Origin: Podarcis cretensis
Taxonomy: Eukaryota
Reading direction: 5' to 3'
Length of the DNA stretch: 64,000 bases
NCBI GenBank assembly: GCA_951804945.1
Contig: OX638163.1
Location: 36,208,001 to 36,272,000, forward strand
Of this stretch, positions 23,710 through 36,267 are shown piece after piece. The translations under genes and the position numbers were made by a program. How positions within the stretch are numbered: the stretch's first letter is position 1; every line of letters begins with the position of its first letter. The notes beneath the pieces are model-generated. The model was given only the letters and a program-made list of their open reading frames with translations, was not told the DNA's origin and did not search any database.

Positions 23710-26011
23710 CCCTTCTGGGGGCCACATGCAAGTGGTTGGCAGCCAGAGAGCAATGAATGCAAATGCTTCCTTTGTTCAGCAGGGTTACTGTATGTTCCCT
23801 CTGTATCCTCCATCCATCTAAGAGGCAAAAACACTCAAGGAGAGTATGAAGCAGATCTCACCTGCAGATAGTGGGGATGAGATCTCAGCTTTTTAAAAAA
23901 TGATTGTAATTAGAAGATTTTCTGGGTCCCAAAGTATGTGCATTGTCCTTTTTTTCAGGACAATCATTTTGGATAGAATCATTTCTACTAATCAGTTACA
24001 GTCATTGTGAGACATTAATTTTGTATACAGTATAAGTTTGGGGGAGGAGAGAAGGGGGAAAAGTGGGGAAGACAGGTATTGTTGATGGTAAAGTATGTAA
24101 ACTTTTGAAAACTAAACATTTTTTTTTAAAAAAAATAAAGTTTGAATTTTCTCTCCCTCCTTCTCTTACAATCAAACCCTAAGCGATCACCTAAAATAAT
24201 TTCCTCTTATATTATTTGGACTTTCTGACTATTCTCCAGCATTGCCCTTGGGTTTGTGAGCACTATTGGGACTTAACTTTGACTATGCTGGGGTTCAGGA
24301 CAGGTGCCCACTTCCTGGAAGTCCCACGGTGTCCTTGACTGGGCTTCACTGTGGAGGTGAGGAGGCTAGAAAGGATGCTTTTTCAGAGCCTGACCACTGT
24401 TCATTGTTTTTAAGTGACTTCTTTATATTTGCTTTTATTGTTATAAGAAGGTAAGAAAACCTACAGTGATAAGAGAGGTCAAAAGGATATGGGGAAAAAA
24501 ACCCTGCTCCTGAAACAGTTTTGAGGTTGAACTGTGGCTCCTGAAGTGCAATTCAAATTGGAAATTGAAGCTGAGGAAAGGCAGAGTTGAAGTTCAGATA
24601 TGGAATATGCAGCCATAGCCATTCTCCTCCATTGAGCTCCCCAAGTCCCATCATAGCAAGGCTCCTAGCAAACATAATTCTTCCTTAGATGTGTTCATTA
24701 GGAATATGTCATAGTTTTTATGATGGATAAATCTGTGTCAGCAGAAAGAAAAAGGATTCAGAATGTTAATATTTACCCTGTACCTGGCCCCTAGACCATA
24801 CCTAATGTTCAGATCTCTGTCCCACATGTCCAATCAGGGACCAAGGTTATGTTTTTAATGACATGCCAGAATATAATTTGGCAATTAGCCTGTCGGATCC
24901 CTCCAGAGTTTTCACTAAATGAAGCTCTTTGAACGCTTCAAAATTACAACTTAGCATGGTGATGGAGTGCATAAGAATTGCAAGAAGAAACCCTTGGTTT
25001 ATTGAAGATAGAAGAATGAGACATTTATTGCTCTCCGCATAGAAAATGATGTCCTTTTTAGAGTCTTGGGCTAACTAACTTCATTTTTTTGTTTTTTTAC
25101 CTTTATATGATTTAAACAATGTATTCCATTCTCATTAATGTCTAATCACTGCATGTATTTCACACATGGAATAAATTTGGCTAGAAAGAGTGGAAGGTAC
25201 TAAGCAGTGCCAAAAATATTAAACACAAACATTTGTGGGACTGTATTCTAAATCATTATTGCAAGAGTTGTTTTGTAATTGTTATATTTTACCACCATCC
25301 ACATCAGCTTTATCCAACCTGGGCTTCATTCAGACATGGGGTTTATTATGCTAATTTTACTAGTTGCAATTCAGGCTTCTCCTGCTGCATTATGGAATTG
25401 TGGCTTTCTGATCAATATACCACAATGTAGTGTGAAAAAACTGCATGCTAGGATACTGCCCCAAATTTCATCAATGATGATGTGATTAGGAAAAGAACAT
25501 GGAAACTACAACACAAAGCTCCTGTGATTTTTCAAGTTAACAGGGTGGCAAATGCATTTTTTCTGGAACCCATTAACATAGAAATGAGCACTAAACTTCC
25601 GCTAGATTTCCAGAAGAGGTGTTTACATCATGTGAAAGAGTCACAGCTTCACCATCCCTGATTTGTGAAATCTCAATAAAGCAAAGACATCTTGCTATTC
25701 ACAACTCGTTGCTGTTCTGAGATGTTTTATTATTTTCATATTTATGGTCACTTCACAATACCTTGTTGGTGACGTAGAACGTTGGTGACGTAGAGTGTTA
25801 ATAGAAAACTTTTAAACATAACAATGGGTGATAGATAACAACTGAGTGATGAGACCCATTGAAATCAATACTGGATATCACACAATGCAATAGAAACAAA
25901 CAAACAAACAAACCCTCAAAAATAAAACAGTGCCAAACACAATGTCTTTTACAAAATAAAATAAAACCACCTTGAAGAGTTAAAACAGCAGATACTATAG
26001 CAAAGAAGTAT

Positions 26012-26246
26012 AAAGGTAAAGGTAAGGGACCCCTGGATGGTTAATTGCAGTCAAAGGCGGCTATGGGGTTGCGGCGCTCATCTCGCTTCAGGTCTAGCAA
26101 GCCAGCGTTTGTCCACAGACAGCTTTCTGAGTCATGTGGCCAGCAGGACTAAATCGTTTCTGGCACAACAGGACACTGTAACGAGTGCCAGAGCACACTG
26201 AAATGCTGTTTACCTTCCTGCTTCAGCGGTACCTGTTTATCTACTT
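26012..26246 (-). mobile_element. Sauria SINE, 5'-truncated, variant subfamily
   Basis: AAAGGTAAAGG tail, GGGGTTGCGGCGCTCATCTCGCTT, CGGTACCTGTTTATCTACTT. Confidence 0.88.
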
Positions 26247-26635
26247 CAATGCCTTGTTGGTGATATCACTACCAGGGGCTGCCTGGTTGACAGTGATCTT
26301 TGACAGGGCCTTTTCAGTGGTGGTTCCTGGCAACCCTGAGATCACTGCATGAAATAATATTTTTAACTAACTGCTTTTTGAATGTTTTCAGCTGTAACTG
26401 TAATACAGAGAGAATCCAAAATCGACAGCTTGTCCTTCTCTACCTGCTGCATGGGACGGATTAAAAACTGGCGTCCTGAAAACTAATGAGCATGAGGATT
26501 GGTGCCCATGAGGAACTCATCACATTTCAGGAGCTAGCACATGTGGACTTTGCTGTTTTGTGTGAGCAGTTTCTCACCCTAATTAATGGTGATCAGAATA
26601 GGCTTTCTAAAGCCCTTTAGACCAATGCTAGCTTT

Positions 26636-26701
26636 GTTGTTGTTTAGCCGTGTCTGACTTTTCGTGACCCCATGGACCAGAGCACACCAGGCAGTAGGCA
26701 T
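26636..26701 (-). mobile_element. Very short BovB 3' tail insertion
   Basis: AWCALVHGVTKSQTRLNN with (CAA)n tail; 10-bp TSD TGCTAGCTTT (26626-26635, 26702-26711). Confidence 0.88.
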
Positions 26702-28854
26702 TGCTAGCTTTACTGTAGCTAATAATATTAACAACAACAACAACAACAACATCTTAGCTTGGATACACAGCCCAGACAACTACTAGTTTTACTATGGCCA
26801 TGAAAACCTGATTCTGATACACAGTTCTTACAAAGCTCATGGCCTTTATCATCATATAACCTCATGTTATGGACTCACTTCATGGATGTATAAGGATGCT
26901 CTTGTTCCATCTGGGAAATTAGGAGAGCAAGACAAAGGGCTTTCTTTTCAGGGAAGAAGCTGATATGGCACATCCCTCCCAACACCTTTGCTCCAGATTT
27001 TCTTTGTTGTAGGCAGTTTCATAGAAATATACTTGGATCATCAAGTGAGAATTTTCATTGTATACCCTACAAGTGGCAACTATTCCCATACCTTCATGGC
27101 AACAAGGTGACCCATTCTTTTTCAGCTATAAAACTTTTAGTACTTCATTTTATTGAGCCCTAACGAACACACAAAGCAGCCTCTGTGCTTCAAGCCCTGT
27201 GGAGCTGTTAAGTAGCTATCGCTCCCACTAGTCCAGGAAGAAAGCTGAGGAAAGCCGAGGTTCATTAAGGAACCTTGAATCTGAAACATCCTGAACTGGA
27301 AAAGAAACATTAGGACACCCCATAATGAGTTAAAGGCAAATGAGATTATTGGAATTATATTACCTATAAAGAGCTACACAGAGGCTGCCAACATCACAGG
27401 GATGTAACATTTCAAAGCACTGTTATATTTCATAGCTGGTTACCAGATTCCCTGGTGAAAAATATTGATTAATAAAGAGGAATATATGCCACCCTATACA
27501 CCTCATCATGATACTTCATATGCCCTTAATGCATTATTTTTCTCCTGGGAAATTTTTTATTTGGAAGTGAAATGATTTTCAGAAGGCACTGATGAGATAG
27601 TTGGATTCCTCAAACTTAATCCAATATTGCATGTTTTTCTGTATATGTATGTACCTCCCAGTTACAATTATCAAAGTCAAAACAAAGCCCTTTTCCACAC
27701 ATTACAGTGCTACTCCAAAGCTTAGGTTGCACATGGAATACTCCACTGCAGTTTCCCCCAGCCCTTCAGATCATGGAGTTCCATTTTACCTGATAAATTC
27801 ATTGGAACAGGAATGTACAGTAGTGTACACTATACTGAGCAAGATGGACCAATAATCTGACTTGATATAAGGCCGCTTTCGATGTTCATATGACAACAGA
27901 GCAGGAGGAAGTTGGGGAGAATGAAACAGATAATTTTAAAAGGTCATTTTTAAAATATCCCTCTTGGCCAGGTTTATACCTTCCCATTAAACAGGCTTAA
28001 ACCTTCCCATTATTAAACAGTATTTGTGCATGTGTGTTTGTGTGTATTTCAGACATTTGTTAACCATATTGTGGAAGCAGTATGATATTTCTTGTAGCAG
28101 AAAACAGTGGGTGCCAGCAGTGTGGTTACAGTTATAAAGCTATAACATGAAATTTTAGTAGCTCATTTAATATTTCCTAGCCTGGGGCTACTGACAGGCT
28201 AGGAATTGCACCCATGCCTGTAGGAGAAATGTGATTGATTGTGGAATTCAGAAACCATTTCTTTTACTCAAATCAACCCTTCTTTTTCACAACATGTACC
28301 AATTTTAAGCTCATATAGCTCCCTTTTAATAAGCCAGAAATATTGCAAGTGCTTGTCTTCTAGAACAAAGCTCACAGTGGCTTTATAATATATATACCCT
28401 AGTGTTGCAGCAATAGAAAGTTGTGTGTGCTCCATTAAGACACAGCTCTCAGCTGATGGTTGCATATATAGGGTGAGACAGAGACAGAGAGGCAGACAGA
28501 ATTCCCCCCAGGGCCTTTGCTTCAGTTAATAAGTATGTCACAGTAATGTTGAGGAGTCCAGGCCATGAGGAGGCTCTTTCCTAAGGAGCTTCAAGCTATG
28601 TATTAAATATTTATTAGAAGGGGACCAAGATAGAAAACTGCATTCCCTATATAGAGGACTAATAGAGTCTCTAAATACATAATCATGAACAACACTCTTC
28701 AAGTTTAATGCAACTCTCCTCCTGGGTGTGAAGAGAAGAAAGAAATGAAGACGGTACTTATGAGACAGGAATGATTCCTGCAGTTGTCGCAAGAAGGGTT
28801 AAAAATGAGCTCCAGTTCCTGTAAACTCAATATTTTCCTTGAATGGTGTTTGGA

Positions 28855-29750
28855 TTGAGGTGTAGGCTTGCTAATAGCTAGAAAATGTCCCTTAATAGCC
28901 ACTAACCATCTGAAAGATCATGAAGAAATTTTCCTTTTTTTAAAGGACACCTTGGCTCAGACAGGCTTATGACAGGATCATTTTATGCACCCGGCTCTAG
29001 ATTTCTGCATTTCTGCATTCTATGCATAGACCACTTTGCAACTGTCAGGATGGTGGTGTAATCCTGGGAGGTGATCTAAATGCATGTTTATATCGTACCC
29101 TAGACAAAAACAGTAAAAGACATTCTACAACCACTACTGGCAAGCAACTTTCTGAACTTCCAAAATCTGAGAGTCTGTGTGACTCCTGGAGAATTCTGTA
29201 TCCAATAATGAGATCATATACATTCCATTATAATCATTTCAGGACAAGATCTTACAATAGTTATTTGTTCATGTCATTGGATATTTGGGCACAAGGTAGT
29301 TGATAATGATATGGCTTAATAACTATCTAATCATGCCCCCATCTCCGTGCCGCTTAAGCTGGGCTCTTGCAAACCCAGAGAGTTTTAATGGTATTTTGAT
29401 GCATGTTTGTTATCTGATACTTTGTATCAAGATCACCTTTCTCAGACCTTAAAATATAATTTTGAAGAAAATGCTCAACCAAGTATCAGTGACCCCTTGA
29501 TGTGGAACACAATTAAATTGGTAGCCAGGAGACATTGTATAAGCGAGAGCTCTAGATGTACAAAAATGGATAAGGTGAATATTGGGAGGAAAGCCTCTTA
29601 GCTGAATTAAAGACCCTAACACAAGACTTTAATAAATCTGGATCTAAAATATCATTTTGATGTAGGAAAACAAACGAAAAAGCTGAATTACAAATGTTAT
29701 AAACAGAGTGTATTTAATGAGCACTATCCTATTTAAGACGTTCTTATTAT
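28855..29750 (+). mobile_element. Decayed L1/Tx1-clade ORF2 endonuclease region
   Basis: GVGLLIARK, FYAP, ILGGDLN, DSWRILYP..RSYTF; many stops and frameshifts. Confidence 0.75.
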
Positions 29751-30604
29751 GACTTCCAGTTAAGGCAGCATGGTGGATGCCACGGAAACAGGCAGCTCCT
29801 GAAGCCAGTCAGAACCTATAAAGCTACCTGGCTGGCTCCTGGAACTGCCGCTGCCAGTGCCTTTGGTGCTGATACCAGCACCGACAATGGAGAGGAATGG
29901 GGGGGGGGCACCCAGAGCAAACCGCAACCCCCCCATGACCTTGATCGAGCCGGGATCAAGGGCACCCAGCCATCTGGAGCTCCACGGTCAGGAGAACCTC
30001 GGAGCCAGGGCAGAAGCAGGAGGGGAAGGAGGTACCTAGGGGTACAAATAACCAGAAACCTCAGTAAACTGTACCTCTACAACTACAAGCCCCTGTGGCA
30101 ACAAATAAAGACCTAAAGAGATGGAACAACAATAATTCCACTCTCTGAGACAAAATAGTCATGATCAATACTCCACAGATGGCAGAGAAATCTACACTCC
30201 TTTATCTTCTCACACAAAAAACCAAGAATAAGCCCCAAATACCTGCACCTCCCCACCTCAGAAGGATGATGGGGAATCCCCAACATAGAAGCATATTACA
30301 GTGCCAACCAAATACACCATATAATTCCATATATACTAGAAGATGAGACAAAACGATGGATACACCTAGAGAGGGACACTGTTGAAAATACCTGCACCCT
30401 CTCCTCCCAAACAAACTAATAAAAATTCCCACAACACTTAACAGGTATACATAGACCATGCTCAAAGCATGGAAAACAGTAATAGGCAAACTATCCCCAA
30501 CCCTATCCCCACTAATCCCCCTGGCGTACCACACATTATTCCACCACGCAGCACAAAACCTCCAGATTAAAACCTGGCAAACCAAAGGCTTATATCGCCT
30601 AATA

Positions 30605-30856
30605 CAGTGGTACCTTGGGATGCGAACAGGATCTATTCCGGAGCCCCGTTTGCATCCTGAACAGAACGTAAGATGTGACTGCGCGTGCACGGGTCGTGTA
30701 TCGCCACTTCCGCACATGCACGTGATGTCATTTTGACCGTCTGCACATGTGCGAGTGGTGAAACCCGGAAGTAACATGTTCCGTTACTTCCGGGTCGCTG
30801 CGGAGCACAACCCGAAAGAGCTCAACCTGAAACGTATTTATCCCGAGGTATGACTG
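30605..30856. mobile_element. Tc1/pogo-type MITE inserted in L1
   Basis: CAGTGGTACCTTGGGAT ... ATCCCGAGGTATGACTG, TA TSD; related to 57533-57929. Confidence 0.88.
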
Positions 30857-30858
30857 TA

Positions 30859-31226
30859 AAGGTAAAGGTACCCCTGCCCGTACGGGCCAGTCGTGTCCGA
30901 CTCTGGGGTTGCGTGCTCATCTCGCTTAAGAGGCCGGGAGCCAGCGCTGTCCGCAGACACTTCTGGGTCACGTGGCCAGTGTGACGAAGCTGCTCTGGCG
31001 AGCCAGCACCAGCACCAGCGCAGCGCACGGAAACGCCGTTACCTTCCCACTAGGTAAGCGGTACCTATTTATCTACTTGCACTTAGGGGTGCTTTCGAAC
31101 TGCTAGGTGGGCAGGAGCTGGGACCAAACGATGGGAGCTCACCCCGCCGCGGGGATTCGAACTGCCGACCATACGATTGGGAAGTCCTAGGCACTGAGGT
31201 TTTACCCACAGCGCCACCCGCGTCCC
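30859..31226 (-). mobile_element. Sauria SINE, full length, inserted at the MITE terminus
   Basis: A/B boxes and tail present; 8-bp TSD TGACTGTA (30851-30858, 31227-31234). Confidence 0.95.
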
Positions 31227-32600
31227 TGACTGTAGACTTCTATAAAAATAACAAACCTTTGTCAACACAAGAAATACAAGACAAACTAGAAGACACCCAA
31301 ATTCCCTGGTTAGCACAACACCAATTACATGCCCTCTTAAACAATCCAGCAGTAAAATCAGCAGCAACTAGGCCCCTGACAACCTTTAAAAACCATCTCC
31401 TAACAACAAAGGGACCCAGTAAAGGGATGGTATCCGCAGTATACAAAATACTACTCCAAAATCCCACAAACCCCCTAGATGCAATCAAAATACAATGGGA
31501 GGATGACACAGGCTATGAGATTAACCCCACTCAATGGACCAGAATGTGGTCTAACCCCCCCCCCTTTAAATCCATATCAACAAAAGGAAAAGAACTCACT
31601 CTGAAACTCACCTACAGGTGGTACCTAACACCAAGAAAACTAGTTCTAATATGACCAGGAACCTCACCAAAATGCTGGAGAGGGTGCACCTCCACAGGCA
31701 CATACCTCCACATGTTGTGGGAATGCCCCAAAATCCAACTATTCTGGACAACAACCATATGAGAAATATGTAAAATAACCAAGCAAGTATTAGAAATCAC
31801 TGCAGAATTGGCCTTACTCAATAACTTCCCAGACAATAATGTCCACTTGCACCACAAATAACTCATAATCCACCTACTTTCAGCACCCAGAAGCATCATA
31901 ACCAGACACTGGAGAGACCTGTCAGGAGTAAGCATGGACCAATGGTACCAAATAGTATGGGAAACAGCCTTACTAGAAAAATTAACCAATAAACTGAAAC
32001 TGACACGGGAACAATTAGAGGAAGACACCTTCACCCCTGTATGGCTCCCCTTTATCACATACACAGCCCAACAAGACAATGACAAAAATCCACCAACAGC
32101 ATACAAATCAATATGGCTAACCTGAAATTAATAAGATTTTGGAACGCATAAATAAAGTAATCAAACTGTCAAATCTAGCATATTTATCTATATCAATTTG
32201 TGCACTCCCACTTCCACATGTCTCCAGAGTAACAATTAAAAAACTAGAAAACTCAATCTCAAGGGTTTCAATTCTAGAAACTATGTGAAGCACAGCTGGC
32301 ACCCAGAGTATTCCCTCATACACCTATTTTAGACCACCCAAAGCTCCACTATACAGACAAGTACAGGCAATATAAACAATGGGAAAGAGCAGGAATATTC
32401 AGGATAAAGATCATTCTCCCAATTGCTGAGAAAAATGTTAATTGAAATATTCCTAATTTGTTTCTTAATTTGATCCAAATATGCCATATTTGTTTGTTTG
32501 CTCATTCACTTATTTGCAAAAATGAAGGCATTCAACCCCTAATGATGTTTGAAGTTTGGAAATTAGATCTCCTTGCAAAACCCTAATTAAACATTTAAAA

Positions 32601-32737
32601 CGGAGTGTGGCCTTGCTAATAGCTAGAAAATGTCCCTTAATAGTCACTGACCATCTGAAAGATCACGAAGGAACTTTCCTATTTATTAAATGACAACTTG
32701 GCTCAGACAAGCTTATGACAGCATCCTTTTATGCCCT
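32601..32737 (+). mobile_element. 137-bp internal L1 endonuclease fragment flanked by a 14-bp direct repeat
   Basis: Homologous to ~28858-28992; TTAAACATTTAAAA at 32587-32600 and 32738-32751. Confidence 0.85.
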
Positions 32738-33723
32738 TTAAACATTTAAAATGGCAGCAAAAAAATTAAAGTTAAACATTAGCCCCGTCCTCCCCATTAA
32801 CTCTGGTCCAGATCTGGGCTAGGCTGGGTGATCTCCAAGTTGGCCAAAGCTGAATGAGGGCCAACCCATGGCCCCAAATTAAGGTCCTGGATCAGGTGGT
32901 GGAGGTGGGGTTATGCATAGCCACAGTTTTCCTTACACTTCTATACCCTTCACTGAGTCTTGCATATGAGGCCACAAATGTGTGCAGTACATGCAGCAGT
33001 GATGTTTGGCAGGTTGCACCTAAAAAGCTATGAAGAATGTTCCTTTCTGTCAAATTAATCTTGCATTCAAGTTCCATTACTACAAACCTTTCCATTTAAT
33101 CACTGACTTGACTTGCATAGCTGTCAATATCTTAATTTGATTAAAGGTTTCCTTCAGCGGAATGTTTCTCAAATGAGATCCAGTAAGGTCTAATTTAGGA
33201 GGCATACTAGGCAGCATTAATGGCTGAAATTACCTTTATTATGATTAAGATTAACTCCAGGAAAAATTGTCTTACAGGAATGGCTATACTAAGTATTTAT
33301 CGGAACAAATATAACACTAATAAAGAGTTCATAACAAAGACATGCTGTTCAAGAATAAATGAAACAATTGAAGTTCTTCTGGCTCCTACTGCTTCCTGGT
33401 ATTAGGGAAGGCGCACTGCAAAGGTTTCTGTGCACAATCTCCCACTTAATGTACAGTAGCCGCTGCTACTGAACATTAAGCCACTACAGTCCTGGCTTTC
33501 CTCAAAAAAACTCCTGGGAACTGTAGTTTACTTATAAGTAGTTTTATTTTTATATTAACCTCTTTTTTATTAACTTTCCTATCTTTCCTTTCCTTTTGTG
33601 ACTGTACAAAAAAAGAAGGGGAAGAAACCACATTTTTTATTATTATTAATTTTTGCTACCTGGTTTCTTTGCCCTTCCTAAAGGATAACATGAATTTCTT
33701 TGAATCAATTAAATTGACAAATA

Positions 33724-33921
33724 CAGTGGTACCTTGGGTTACAGATGCTTCAGGTTACAGACTCCGCTAACCCAGAAATAGTACCTGGGGTTAAGAACTT
33801 TGCTTCAGGATGAGAACAAAAATCGTGTGGTGGCAGCGGGAGGCTCCATTAGCTAAAGTGGTGTCTCAGTTTAAGAACGGACCTCCAGAATGAATTAAGT
33901 TCTTAACCCAAGGTACCACTG
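33724..33921. mobile_element. Tc1/pogo-type MITE (CAGTGGTACC TIR)
   Basis: CAGTGGTACCTTGGGTTA / TAACCCAAGGTACCACTG, TA TSD; absent from the duplicate unit. Confidence 0.92.
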
Positions 33922-34204
33922 TACACCATCCATATAGACTGCATAATGACTCATTTGTCCAGTATGGAAATTTCAGAATGTCCCTCAACTTCATTCAGCT
34001 TTCTATGCAAATTGAAATTAGTTTCAAACACACCCCTCTGCCTGCTGAACTTTCCTCCTCATCTTCTGTTTTTGAGGCACTATCTTCAAAAAAACATTGG
34101 GGGGTGGACTCTGCTGAAAAGCATGTAAGGGAAGCATTCTACACCTGCAGTGCGAATTTTACACTCTTTGAAAGATGCAAGAAGTTAAGGCGAATCCTTT
34201 AATA

Positions 34205-34340
34205 CAGGCATCCCCAACCTGCGGCCCTCCAGATGTTTTGGACTACAATTCCCATCATCCCTAACCACTGGTCCTGTTAGCTAGGGATCATGGGAGTTGT
34301 AGGCCAAAACTTCTGAAGGGCCGCAGGTTGGGGATGCCAG
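34205..34340. mobile_element. Palindromic hAT MITE
   Basis: CAGGCATCCCCAACCTGCGGCCCT ... AGGGCCGCAGGTTGGGGATGCCAG; 8-bp TSD CTTTAATA/CTTTAAAA. Confidence 0.9.
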
Positions 34341-34944
34341 CTTTAAAATGTTTTCCAAGTATTCAGGGAAGGAGAAAGAAACCACCCCCCAGCCCCTGTC
34401 TACATTCAATGTTCAAAGTAGTAGCATACTATTTTAATTAGTCATGGTTTTCCTCAAAAAGTCCTGAGAACTGTAGTGTGTTAATCATAAGGTAGCAGTA
34501 TGCTTATATAATTTCCCTCTCTATTAACTTCCCTGTCTCTTGCTTTCCTTTTGTGACTACAAAACAAACACACACACACACACAAATAAACCACAACCCA
34601 CCATTTTTGTGGATTATTTTTTACTTCCTGGCTTCTTTGCCCTTTCTAAAGGATAACATGGACGTCTCTGAATTAATTCAGTTGACAAATAACCCATCCA
34701 TATAGACCTGTGACAGAGCGAAAGTCCTGCATGGGGACTCATTTGTCCTGTATGGAAACCTCAGTGTCCCTCAACTTCATTCAGCTTTCCATGCAAACAG
34801 AAACTGTGTGAATTTTACCCTCTTTGAAAGATGCAATAAGTTGAGACTAATTCTTAAAAATGTTTGCCAAGTATTCAGGGAAGGAGACATATTTAGAGAA
34901 AGCAACCAACACCCAGCTCCCATCAGCATTCTGTGTTGAAAACA

Positions 34945-35245
34945 TAGCATACCACCTTAAATAATCATGGCTTCCCTCAATGAATGCTGGGAATTGTAGT
35001 TTGTTAAGACTTCTGAATTCTGTTAGAAAAAGTCCTGTTTTCTCTACAAAGCTATAATTTTCAGAGTGGCTTACTACTTGGTCCCTCTCCCCAGGGAACT
35101 CTTGGAATTGTATCTCTGGAAAACAGTAATTTGGAAAACAGTAAACTGTAGTTAATAAACTACAATTCCTATAATTCATTGGAGGAAACCATGACTTGTT
35201 AAAGGAGTGTGATACTCCTTTATATGCATAATACAGATGGGGCCA
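34945..35245. mobile_element. Degenerate palindromic MITE
   Basis: TCATGGCTTCCCTCAATGAATGCTGGGAATTGTAGTTT is inverted as AAACTACAATTCCTATAATTCATTGGAGGAAACCATGA; boundaries approximate. Confidence 0.7.
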
Positions 35246-35509
35246 GTGAAAAAGTGATATTTCCACACACCCATCCCTTGTCAAATGCAGGGTGAATCTT
35301 TGAAGCTCAGCATAGTCATTGTGGTCATATAGAAAAGTTTTCTGGGCTTTACATAATCCCTGCAACCTTTGCCTACAAGGGGTTGAAAGATCAATTTATT
35401 TCCTGAGTATTTCACTGTTGCATATTCTCAGTCATAAATTAATCTCTTCCCATTCTCTGCCACTGTGCAAGCTTACACACACAGGGGGTTGTGGCGCTCA
35501 TCTCGTTTT

Positions 35510-35891
35510 GCGTGGCAAGTACCCTCCCCCATGAGAAATGAAGACACTGGACACATTATTTAAGGTTAATGGGCATAAAAAGCCATAACTTTATTGATTA
35601 CAGAATTGAAAGGTATTGGCCTTAGGCATTGGCTCCTACCGTCTACCCGGCATGGTGACCGGGATGGGTTGTCCACAAGCCATGGGAGACCTGTTGAAGT
35701 ACGCCAACTAGGATCCCACGGGTGTCACCGCTCGGGGGCGTGCCGGAGGCCCTTACCTCCCTAGGTTTCGGACAAGGCCACGCCCCCCGGAGTCCTTTAC
35801 CAGACTACCCTTTCCATTGGGGAAGGTGATGGCGCTTCCTTCCCCCCATTCATTTGCATAACAATAAACCCCTGCCAATGCCTAACCGCCA
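35510..35891 (-). repeat. Ngaro repeat B2 (3' terminal)
   Basis: Direct repeat of 36268-36650 (about 9 mismatches by eye); carries AATAAA on minus strand. Confidence 0.95.
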
Positions 35892-36267
35892 ATACCGCGG
35901 AAGTTGTGACGTTTGCTACGAGGTAGGCGAAAAAACCAAAAGGCTTGAAGTGTGCCAACTTGGAAAAATTCCTACCAGGCCCCTTGCGGCGACCAACCGA
36001 AGTCCATAGCAAGGTCATACCTAGCTAAACCTAAAGGGTGGGTGGAATGGGAAAACCGCTCAGCTGGGAAAGGGAAAAGAGGGCGGTCCCGGGGCATGCC
36101 TGGCCTTAAATGGGCTAGGCCCCGCCTCCCCGGTCCACCAATTGGCGGATGGGGTGGAAGGCACGCCCGGGGATTCCCTGACCACGCAGGGGTAAGACTC
36201 CGCCCCCGCGTGTGTGGGTGGAGGGTTTTGCCCGCAACCCCCTCTCCTCTCAGGCAGAAATGGCTTT
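35892..36267 (-). repeat. Ngaro repeat A2 (complete copy of A)
   Basis: Its segment ~36113-36267 repeats 37645-37799. Confidence 0.92.
36100..36150 (-). promoter_or_regulatory. Putative Pol II promoter in Ngaro A repeat: CCAAT box, GC box, TATA-like CATTTAAGG
   Basis: Minus strand GCCAATTGG..GGGAGGCGGGG..CATTTAAGG; same order in the 50-kb copy (GCCAATTGG..GGGGCGGG..CACTTAAGG). Confidence 0.55.

Larger units (their letters stand above)
30040..32125 (+). mobile_element. L1-clade ORF2 C-terminal region, interrupted by nested MITE and SINE
   Basis: GMVSAVYKIL, KLTYRWYLTP, zinc knuckle CWRGC..GTYLHMLWECPKI, FTPVWLPF; frame rejoins as LYRLI-DFYKNNKPLSTQE once the inserts are removed. Confidence 0.88.
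33490..34990. repeat. Old tandem duplication (unit 1 ~33490-34440, unit 2 ~34441-34990)
   Basis: Collinear blocks TTTCCTTTTGTGACT, CTAAAGGATAACATG, TGTCCCTCAACTTCATTCAGCTTTC, CTCTTTGAAAGATGCAA, CCAAGTATTCAGGGAAGGAGA each occur twice. Confidence 0.9.

Noticed and set aside
24500-25150. Possible highly decayed L1 ORF2 on the minus strand (LIAKLY, WDRDL)
   Set aside because: Too degenerate to support boundaries or family by eye.
34847-35365. 172-aa ORF
   Set aside because: Runs through a degenerate MITE; no protein motifs.
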